Below the pieces are notes generated by a model. The model worked only from the letters and a program-made list of their open reading frames with translations, did not search any database and was not told the DNA's origin. From Octopus vulgaris (lineage: Eukaryota): 64,000 nt of DNA. The position numbers and the translations under genes were made by a program. Of this stretch, positions 36,300 through 47,424 are shown one piece after another. Numbering within the stretch: position 1 is the first letter of the stretch; each line of letters starts with the position of its first letter. The DNA lies in NCBI GenBank assembly GCA_951406725.2, contig OX597816.1:173786001-173850000 (forward strand), written 5' to 3'.

Positions 36300-37690
36300 A
36301 TGTCTCAGAGTTCGGTAATATTATGAGAATATTTTCAGATAGCTATTTATGATATGAGTAGCATCCTCAATTTTGATTCCACAGAGCCTGCATCAGACGT
36401 TGCAAGTAAAGGATTTACCTGCAACCTTATCACTTTTTTTTTTTTTTTCTAGTTTCAGCTCAGAGCTGCGGCCATGCTGATGCACCGCTGTTAAAGTGTG
36501 GTGAAAGAGTACAGCAGGGATTACCACCCCCTGCCAGAGCCTCGTGGAGCTTTTTAGGTGTTATCGCTCAATAAACACTCACAACGCCCGATCTGGGAAT
36601 CAAAACCGCGATCCTACGACCGCAAGTCTGCTGCCCTAACCACTGGGCCATTGCGCCTCCACTGTACATCAAGTATTTCAAGGCTGCGTCCTACAGATGA
36701 ATTGCAAAATGAGAACCTATATCTGGGTTGTTAGTCCAAGGAGTGACTACTTTAGTTGCCAATGTTGCTGTCACATTGAATCCTATAGGAAATATAGCCA
36801 TGCATGCAACCTCTCTTTCGATAAGTTGTTGAGGCAGTGGTGTTTAACTTCTCTGAAGCTCCTTTTCACTTTCATGATGTTATCCACGTATACAAACTTG
36901 ATTATTGGCAGGACTTCAACATTTGGTAGTTGGTAGATGTTGCTGAAGGGATGTAATATCACGTTAAATAATAGTTGGTGTTGATGTTAAACCTCTGCCA
37001 CCTTGTTTTCATTTCAAGAATAGGTGTTCTACATCTGTTGATCTGGAAAATCCAGGTAAGGATTAACAGCCCATCAATAGCCCAGATCTCATCCGGCATC
37101 CACTCAAGTAGCCTGAATATTAATAGTAGCACTGGTACAGCAAACATATTGAGGGCTAATCAATTCATTGCATGTAGAAAGTTCCAAGGACCATATTTTC
37201 TTTATCCTGGTGTTGTATTCCCTAATTATGTGGTCTTTTCCATCAAAGGAAATGTTTTCAGATATCATAGAAATAGCCAGGCCATTGATAGTAATATTTC
37301 TAGATGGACTTGAATATCTTCCTCACTTAACAATATAAGAATATTTATCCTGGCCAACTCCATTCCTATATTTTTTTAAGAATATCAAAACTAGGCCGTG
37401 TTCCTTTATACCATCTATATTCTTGGCATATATTTTCAGATCATCCAAAAAGAAGTAATGTGTTAGGTTAGTGTTTCTATCTTCCTGTGGACCAATTGCA
37501 TATCCTTTAGATTTCATGAACAAAAAGGACTGGGAGGTTACTGAAAGTATAAACAGCATTATGAGATGGTCACTTTGAAATACCTCCATAATACTCTATT
37601 CTATCAGTAAAAGTATGACCTCTTCCTGTCTTTAACTTCAAAATGGTGGCCTAGGAGGAAGTCAGGTTGTCTATGGTTGTGATAATTGTA
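36300..37690 (-). mobile_element. Decayed RLE-type (R4/Dong-like) non-LTR retrotransposon
   Basis: Minus-strand remnants VFQSD, HYFFLDDLKIYAKN (RT) and CRLCG...THII (Zn knuckle). Confidence 0.6.
36434..36661 (-). mobile_element. Short chimeric SINE: family B head plus family-A-like tail plus poly(A)
   Basis: B head at 36500-36661; tail GCGGTGCATCAGCATGGCCGCAGCTCTGAGCTGAAAC-An. Confidence 0.75.
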
Positions 37691-37764
37691 TCTGGAATTA
37701 TCTATGTATTATACCTACCTGCCTATTTGTCTACCTATCTTTCTACAAATACATACATGGTTGG

Positions 37765-37789
<25 letters not shown>

Positions 37790-37795
<6 letters not shown>

Positions 37796-37987
37796 GAAGG
37801 TTTACGAAAATAAACAAAAGACGAAGGCAGGTGGAGTACAAACAAATAATGTATTAGTATGGCGCTCAGGAATAGAAATAAAACAAGTCTTTTACGTTTC
37901 GAGCCTCTGCTCTTCAACAGAAAGATACACAGAAAAGAAACAAGGAGAGAAAAAAATGCGTGTAGGGGCTAACGATCCAACATGGTG

Positions 37988-38030
<43 letters not shown>

Positions 38031-38065
38031 TATACATATATATATATACATATATATATATATAC

Positions 38066-38102
<37 letters not shown>

Positions 38103-38392
38103 CTATATATACTATATATTTATAATATATATATATACTATATATATACTATATATATATATATATATATAGGGAGAGTTTAATATATACTATATATATA
38201 TATATAGGGAAAGTTTACAAAAAAAACAAAAGACAGGTGGTGTACAAAACAAACAGATGTATTAGTATAACGCTCAGGAATAGAAAAAGTCTTTTACGTT
38301 TTCGTTTTGAGCCTACGCTCTTCTACAGAAAGGGACACAGAAAAAACAAGGAGAGAAAAAATGTGTGTAGTGGCTAACGATCTATCATGGCG
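37790..38392 (-). mobile_element. Two tandem ~190-bp Penelope-pLTR-like repeats in (TA)n, each with a hammerhead-like motif
   Basis: 37790-37985 and 38206-38392 are paralogous; both carry CTGT[T/A]GAAGAGC-N4-GCTC...AAACGTA on the minus strand. Confidence 0.65.
37888..37925 (-). ncRNA. Minimal type I hammerhead ribozyme-like motif (non-canonical core)
   Basis: TCTTT-CTGTTGA-A-GAGC(AGAG)GCTC-GAAA-CG-TA^AAAGA: stem I 5 bp, stem II 4 bp, palindromic minimal stem III. Confidence 0.5.
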
Positions 38393-38821
38393 CTTAATAT
38401 ATATAATCCTACACAAAGAAAAAAAGAATACTGACTGTAAGATTTAAGTTATGAATTACTGTCCCATACTGACGTAAGTTTAAACTTCAATAGTACAATG
38501 CAAAGCGCTATATAAACACAGAAGAGTAATGTAATTTGATGTTATGTGATACAAGTAGGAATCATTGAACATGATAATGTCAGTATACTGCAATGTTATT
38601 TGGTGTAGTATAGTAACGTGTAGCATACTGGAATGTCAAGATATGTCATGTGTATAGTGCAATATGCATACTTTAGAAGGGTATTTTCAACTGTAGTATA
38701 ATATATACAATAAGGGGAACATTATTGCTTTATCATCAGGTGTTGGAAAATGGTATCAAATATTATGTGATATCAACTATAATTTTTCTTTACTTATAGA
38801 TAATCTACCAAAATTTAAAAA

Positions 38822-38830
38822 AAAGGATAT
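38822..38830 (-). promoter_or_regulatory. U12-type (minor spliceosome) 5' splice site ATATCCTTT
   Basis: Exact match to the RTATCCTTT consensus at the end of the FAM227-like open exon. Confidence 0.7.
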
Positions 38831-38991
38831 GTCTTCTCAGTTCTTTGAAGGCGTTGAATAATTTGATTGGATGGTATCGAATAAATTGCTGACATCTTCC
38901 TGTTGTACATACAGTATTTGACCAATGGACATTGGCTGTATAAATCAAACTTCACCTTCTTCAGGCGCAGGTCATCAGCTGCCACTTCTGG
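38831..38991 (-). CDS. FAM227B: FAM227 exon (PEVAADDLRLKKVKFDLYSQCPLVKY...RTEK-T) ending at a U12 donor
   Basis: ttgtag| acceptor, phase 0 start; ends AC|ATATCCTTTT. Confidence 0.78.
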
Positions 38992-39075
38992 CTACAAATT
39001 ATAACAGAAGATAACCTAAGTCTTTACCTATTAGTATTGACAGTAATAATTTTATATTCATCTCTCCCTCTCTCT

Positions 39076-39143
<68 letters not shown>

Positions 39144-42100
39144 AATATCAGATACAGAGAACTATATATAGAGGTTGAATTCAGAAAAATGTATACGCAC
39201 ACTGAATGATTATAAAGATAATGTTTATTAAAAACATTTCACTTTCAAAATTTAATACAATTTGCAGACAGAATTTAATTTCTTTATGAACATCTGTTTT
39301 CACATTGCTTGCATACAGTTTTTCAAGATCAGTGACGAAAAGTTACTGGAAAAACGATATAAAGATTTGCATTGGGACTCCCTTCATCGACAACCGGTGA
39401 CTGCCGTATGCTGAAGACAGGCAAATACTATGCGTGTCACCTAGGTTGACGAGGGAGGAATGACCTCCCTTTGCAAATACCATAAGGGCACAGAAAGTGT
39501 GCCTAAAGCCAGCTAGAGGAGATGTTCTCCTGGGGCTACAAGCTACAGTAACACCCACCCTTAGTGGTTAGCCATATTGAGATGGCTAGTATACCTTACT
39601 TTATCTTTTAAGTATTCTCATAAAAAAGTCTGGTAGTGTGAGGTCCAGTGAATACAGAGGGTATCCTACTGAACCTCATTATCTAATCCACTTGTTAGGG
39701 AAAATCTCATAAAGACAGGCCCTTACAATAATATGGTGGTGTAGGGGTCCCCCATCTTGCTCAAAATAAAATTCCCCATCTTCAAAATCATGTTGACAGA
39801 TTGCCACAGCAATTCCAAGTAACTGAGATCAGTCACAGCACCATCAAAAATAGAATGGTTCGATTAATCCTTTTGATAATAAACTGTACCAAACTGTAAC
39901 TCCTGAGAAATCAATATGTTCCTCCGTAACATACAGATTCTCAGGATTCCAGTAGGTGCAACTGCACTGTTTAATAAAGCCATTTAATTTAAATGTAACC
40001 TCATCACTCCAAGAAAATCTTTGTTGGAAAGTGTAGACCTTCAAAATATCTTGTTAAGTACTACTTGCAAAATTTCACTCTTCCATCTGTATCATCTTCA
40101 TTGACAGCATGAGCTATTTTTGGAATGAAACTTTTCCAATGACAGTGCTTCAAAATAAGAAGGACACCTGATTTTGAAACTACTATCTCATGACTCACTT
40201 CCTGCACAAATTTTCTTGAACTTTGACCAGACAGTAAGTCTCTGGTACCCTTTCTTGCTTTGTGGGGCTTATTGATGCCTGTGGTCTTCTGAAACAATTT
40301 TAAGGTACCTTCCAGGAGTACATAGGAGTTATGGAATTGGTTCCTGAAATGAAGAGGGAACAAGGCTACTGGAGTTCTGTGGGGCATCCTTAAAGTCCTG
40401 AGGTACATGCCTACCCTCCAAATATTTATGAAGAGGTTGTGCAATTGCTTGAAAAGCTTCTGTCCACCATGCAAGTAGATTTCAGGTGGGACAGCATCAC
40501 TGCCAGGTGCTTGAAAAGAAGTGATCAGTTAAACAGTCTATCAATTACTGGAAGGTTGGCTCCAGAGACAAGTCTGTATTTCAGCATGCTGTGGAATAGA
40601 CATTATGATGTCATCATTAGTGACTGAGGTGGAGTTCAACACAGCTTTGAAGTGGTCTTTCCATCGTTTCAGGATGTCAGATTTGTCAGTTAGGAGTAAC
40701 ACTGTGCTATTAAGGACTATATACTTTCTTGAGACCATCATAGAAGGCTTAAGAATCCTTTCTGTCTGCAGCCTCTTGGAGTTCAGAAGCCTTGGATAAC
40801 TACCAAAACTCCTTCATCTGACTAAGAGCACACTGGACCTGGCCTTTGCATTTCTTATAAGCATTCTTTCTGCTGAATGAACTTTTATCATTGATCCATG
40901 TTTTACGAGAGCTGCGCATTTTATCTATCAACTGCTGGATATGTTTGCTGTTATAATTAAACCAATCTTGATATTTAAGAACAGAAAGTCTAATAACCTC
41001 TCAGGATGCAGAGTGTGTTGCATCATGCGGAGCCTTCCAAGAAAATTCAATGTCGTCACTGATATCAATGGTGTTGAATGCAGTGTCCAACTTGTTAGAG
41101 AAATCAGCCTGCTTTTCAGGGGTTTTCAAAGGCAGAACATTCATGTGCTTAGGCACTGATGACTTTTGTAGTCTTGTGTGTTTCAGATGCAGTGTAAACT
41201 TACTATAAAGAAGAGAAAGGTCAGAGAGATAGCAGATGTTATGAAAGGAACATGTAATGTTAAAGTCTTTTATCTCTTGCTTCTTAATGATAATATAATC
41301 TATGAGATGCCAATCTTTAGATCTAAGATGTATCCAAGTAGTTTTGCAACAATTTCACTGTTGAAAGAAGTAATCATAATGTCTAGACTGAATTCCCTGC
41401 AGACAGAGAACACACACAGACTGTTGGAGTTCATTTGACCTACACCATGATGACCAAGTACACCTTTCCATGTCAGATAGCCAGAACCAAGACAAGCATT
41501 AAAATTGCCCATAACAATAAGTATAATTCCTATGTTGACAACTGAAGATGACATCATGGAGTTGGTTGTAAAAATCATCCTTTTCCTGCTCAGAGTTGGC
41601 CATGGTTGGAGCATAGCAACTGATAAGCATTGCATAAGTGTTACAATCAAGTAACATCATTAGTGTCATGATGCAATCAGAAATATCTTTGGGTTAGAGA
41701 AGGAAAGGCCCTGCCTATTTCTGTCTTGATGGCGAAACAAAACACCAGAATGGCTTGGCTCGTCCTCATTTCTTCCAGACCAGGAAAATGCATACCCACC
41801 TTGGCTTTCTTCTAACTGTGATGATCCTACAAGATGAGTTTTACTGAGTGTGGCTATATCAATGTTGTACTTTTTTAGTTCAAGGTCAACCAGTGCTGCT
41901 TATTGTTCTGGCGCTGAGTGATTGGTATAATCAAATGGGTAATTACAAATACAAAAGATGAGAGATAGGTAGAGTCCAAAGGTATAAAGTTTGAATGAGT
42001 GATTTGCATGTCAGGCACAATAAAAGGGTTTGCTCATGTCGAGAGCAACAACTGCTTTTGCAAAACATCTCTAAAGTGAGAGTCCATTGGTGAGTGATAT

Positions 42101-45100
42101 AAGAGAGTGGGTCTCCAGTGGATGTGGCTCTGTAGAAATTGTGCTGGTGATCACTAAAGAGAGAGAGAGAGTCAAGGTGATAAAGAATATCATTGTTAAT
42201 GTTTATCTCCATTGCTTTGGTATTCTTTTGTTTTGAGGATTTCCATGCACTAATATTTTTGTGTCTAGGCTACTGAATCTAATGTTGTTACTTATTTTAT
42301 TTTATTTATATTTATTTATTGGTTCTATATTCTTTTTCAAATACATTTTTCCTGAACTTTACCAAGAAAATATTCTCATTAGTTGACTGTCCTTAGATTT
42401 TTCTAGATCATCATTTCTCTGCAGCTTGCTTTCTTTCGCTTCTTTCTGCTGTCACTTTCATTAACCATCCTGACAATCAGTTACATTCAGCTTCATTTTC
42501 ACCGAGTTTTATCTTTTATTCCATTATGTCTGTGTATGTCATTTCTTCCTCTTAGCATCTTTAACTTACCATTTCCTTTACCATTCTTCTCTACACAACA
42601 GCTGTAGCATTTACTACTTTATTCGTTTGGAGTCAATAAATGTTATTTGTTGGGCGTCACAATTATTTGAGTTACTTTAACAGAGATCATTTGTCACTGT
42701 TCATGGTCTCTTCCCCAGGCTTTTTTCAGATTTTCACATGTCAACTTTTAGAAGGAAAATTAGTCCCACAGGGATATAATTTACCAAACACCCAAAGAGA
42801 CATAAAAAATATATTTGTCTCTTGCCTAAAGAGTGATGAGTTTGTGTCTTATTAATTGTGAATTTACTCTACACTTTTTACTCTTTTACTTGTTTCAGTC
42901 ATTTGACTGCGGCCATGCTGGAGCACTGCCTTTAGTCGAGCAAATCGACCCCGGGACTTATTCTTTGTAAGCCCAGTACTTATTCTATCGGTCTCTTTTG
43001 CTGAACCGCTAAGTGACGGGGACGTAAACACACCAGCATCGGTTGTCAAGCGACGGTGGGGGGACAAACACAGACACACAAACACATACACACACATACA
43101 TATATATACATATATACGACAGGCTTCTTTCAGTTTCCGTCTACCAAATCCATTCACAAGGCATTGGTCAGCCCAGGGCTATAGCAGAAGACACTTGCCC
43201 AAGATGCCACGTAGTGGGACTGAACCCGGAACCATGAGGTTGGTTAGCAAGCTACTTACCACACAGCCATACAAAACATACAAGAACACATTTCCCAATT
43301 AACAATGTCACTATTACCAATATTGAATTTCTGGTCAAGTGATTGTTAGCTGCAATAAAAATTCAAGTTGTGTGTTTTCCAACAGGAACAAAAGAAAAAA
43401 TCTATGTCTTAAACACACATACCACCAACAATCATACACACATAAACATGAATAATATACACAGCTGTTCGTCCTTTTCTCTATTATATGCATACACGCT
43501 AGACATTTAAACTGAGAAAGGCCAATAGACTAATCAAAGGTTTAATAAGGATAATCAATAGTTCAGTGATATCAATCAATGGTTCACTAAAAATACTAAG
43601 ATTTACACATATGATTTATAAGTGGCTTATCATAAAAAGAGCCTCCATACATGTCACCTTACAGCCTAAATAAAACAAGCCATACTATCACTTCAGGGTC
43701 ATACTGTCACTTATTAACTGAGAATCTTCACTTAAAATTCACATTTTAAAGCTGAACAATTTACTAAATAATTTCATTTTTTATAAATAACTTGCTATTT
43801 TGTAATTTATTGATTCCTGAATTTGGAGTCTAAAAACATTGCCTAAAGTTCTATATTAAACACACCACCAACACACACACTAAAAAAAAAACAAAAAAAA
43901 ACGATTATTCACAAAAATCTTTGAACCAAGAAGTTTCCATTCCTGTAACTATCTACCAACACCAACATCACAAGCACCATTGCCACCATAAAAGACACTT
44001 ATATCCCCATTACTAGCACTACTACCTTCAATATCACCAATGGCCCCAACACTAACATCACAACCAGTATCACAACACCACCTATCTACAGCTCTAACAT
44101 CACACATTACTTCTTTCATAATTAAGACATAATAGAGAAACAAAGACAGATACATAAAAAGATGTTAGTGTTACCTCACGAGTTTCCTTCTGTTTTGGAG
44201 CATCTTTTGTCACAGATGCTTTATGGCCCTCTTTCACTGAAGACACCTTGAATAGAGTTTTGTTCTCCTGATATTTTTGTTGATCCTCTAAATCTTGCAT
44301 GGTTATGTCTAGCTTAACTAATAAAATAAAACAGGTGTTAACTTTTATCAGATGTAATAGACAGGAGTAACACTAGCTCTATGGATGCTGACTGAATTCA
44401 TGGTTACATTGTAGTATTAAGATAATGGCCGAGGGGGTGATTAGAGAGAAAAAAGGAATAAACTATTATGAAGTTCAGCTAGTAGATATGGTTAATACAA
44501 TGTTTAACTTAGTGGTTGGATAGCTATTTAAAATAGCTATCCAGCAAACATCATGCTTCAAATAATTCAAGAACAATTAAAGTGATAGCTATGAGATTAA
44601 AAAGACGAGTAGAATGTGTTTTAATGTTGATGGAACTTGATATTCAGCTTAAACATCTGCATGTCAATGTCTACAGGAAAAATGTTGGTGAGAGGGAATC
44701 ATAATTTTATCTAAATGCTTACAAAAGAGTGAACTCCACTAAAGACACCCAAGTATTAGGTGGAGGTGTTAAACTGGAATTTCATTAAGTTGAGTAACTG
44801 CATAGAAGCTCTCTTGTTGGCTTGTGGATAGAATGACTTTTATTGTGTACCTGATGTCAGTCTTGATCAAGCAGACCCATGACACATAGGTAATTAGCCA
44901 AATGACTATGTTCAACATAGAAACATCTGCAATTCTGGATATGTCATAATTTGCTGAGTCAAGGACCAAACTACACAACTCCAGCATGAAGTAATTAAGT
45001 TTATGTGGTACAGTGTTGCAGTCTGGGCATACTGTTTATCTTCATTGTCTATTCTTTTCTATCTTAATCAACTGTTTAAAATCAATATGCAATACTCACA

Positions 45101-47389
45101 GAGAGTGAATTGTGGTCGTCTGTAAAGCATCAACATGTCATGAAAGATCACTTTATTGCAGTATAAAGGCTCTTTCCAACCTGCATTCCATCAACATTTT
45201 CACACTTCAAAGTTTGTCTCCCACATTTTTTCTACACCACATTTATGACTTGATAGCAATTACTTGAATCACACACACTCTTGTGCAGTTGGTATCACAT
45301 CCATTCTCCAATAAAATTTCATATACAAGCATATCCAGATGATGCCTAATAACTTTATGTCAAACCTGTACTATTATATAAAACAGAAAGTATGTAAAGA
45401 TTCCCCAATAGGAACATCAAAAGCAGAGACACAATGTTTACATACTGAGGAAACTCATAATATTGAATCATCCCCTAAATAATGCGGTTTTTTTCAATTG
45501 CATGAACTAAAAGTTGGAGGGGGACAGGATAAACTACCTGCATCAACTTGTTATAAGAAGCAGGTAGTAATTTTACCTTGGGCTTATTCTTAGTGCAAGT
45601 TTTGAAGAGTGCAGTTCAATTTTAAGTTATTTTATCAAAGCTATAATGGAAGTGACAAAGGAACTTCTTCGGCATATTTTGCTTTATGAGTTCAAAAAAG
45701 GTAACAATGCAATGGAAAGTGTGAGGAATAGTAATGCAGTATATGGGGATTGGACAATAAGCATAAACCAATGTCAATGGTGGTTCCAGAAATTCCAAGC
45801 CAGAAACTACAGCCTAGAAGATGAGCCTCATCCTCAAAGATCTATACAGCTTGATGAGGATGTCCTGCAAACCCTGGTGGAACAAAATCCCATCGTAACT
45901 GTTGAGGAACTAGCAGAGAAGCTTGGAGTGGGTCATTCAACCATTCATTGACACCTGCATGCCATCGGAAATGTCAGCAAATTGGGTCAATGGGTTCCTC
46001 ACAAACTTTCTGAGTCTAATTGCATGCAGAGAGTGAATGTGTGCTCTTCTTTGCTGTCACAGCTCACAAATGAACCTTTTTTTGGACCAAATAGTAACTG
46101 GTAATGGGAAATGGGTTCCCTATAAAAATGTCAAGTATCAAAGACAATGGGTAGGGAAACGAGAAACACTGGCACCCCTGGCTAAAGAAAGTGTTCACCC
46201 ATGTAAGGTGTTATTATCTGTTTGGTGGGATATGAAAGGTTTAGTCCACTTTGAACTTTTAGACCCAAACCAAACGATAACAAAGGAGATTTACTGTGAA
46301 CAGCTTGAGTGGCTTAAGTGAGTGCTAGAAGAAAAGTGACCATCTTTGGTTTCAAAATGAAAGGTGTTCTTCCATCAGGATAATGCTTGGCTACATACTG
46401 TGAGGATGACATTCCAAAGGCTGGAGCAGTTTGAATGGGAAGCGATGACCCACCCACCATATTTGCCAGACATTGCCCCATCTGATTATCATTTATTCTG
46501 CATTCTTCAAAAGCATTTGGACAGTAAAAATATGAATTCTGTAGATGAAGCCAGAACAGTACTGGAGGAGTATTTTGCATCACAGACAAGTGAATTTTGG
46601 AAGAGGGGTCTTGCCAGTCTACCAGATAGATGGAAGAGCATTGTAGAAAATGAAGGAGATTATATTTTAAATAAAAAAAAATATTGTTTATCTTAGTTTT
46701 GAAAAATAAAAGAAGTATAAAAAACTATATTATTTATGGGATGACCCAATACTATGTCCGTTCTCTACCTAAACAACACATAAGTAAAATCTTCAAACTC
46801 TTCACAAACATCAGGTTTTACATTCTCTTAAGATTTTCTTGACAACTTCACATAGGCGCAGGCGTGGCTGTGTGGTAAGTAGCTTGCTTACCAACCACAT
46901 GGTTCCGGGTTCACTCCCACTGCGTGGCACCTTGGGCAAGTGTCTTCTACTATAGCCTTGGGCCGACCAAAGCCTTGTGAGTGGATTTGGTAGACGGAAA
47001 CTGAAAGAAGCCCGTCGTATATATGTATGCGTGTCTATGTTTGTGTGTCTGTGTTTGTCCCCCTAGCATTGCTTGACAGCCGATGCTGGTGTGTTTATGT
47101 CCCCGTAACTTAGCGGTTCGGCAAAAGAGACCGATAGAATAAGTACTGGGCTTACAAAAGAATAAGTCCCGGGGTCGAGTTGCTCGATTAAAGGCGGTGC
47201 TCCAGCATGGCTGCAGTCAAATGACTGAAACAAGTAAAAGAGTAAGAGTAAAGAGTATCTATTATTTAGCTAAGACTGCAACCAAAAGACTGACTTTTCT
47301 TTCTAAGAGCATAACCTAAAGCAAAAGAACCACCAGTATTATAGTTGTATTAAAATATCTGGGCCAGTGCACCTAATATACAAACATTC

Positions 47390-47424
<35 letters not shown>

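Noticed and set aside
45646-46696. Domesticated mariner gene (SETMAR-like)
   Set aside because: Stops, frameshifts and a mutated first catalytic Asp; TIRs and TSD are still present.
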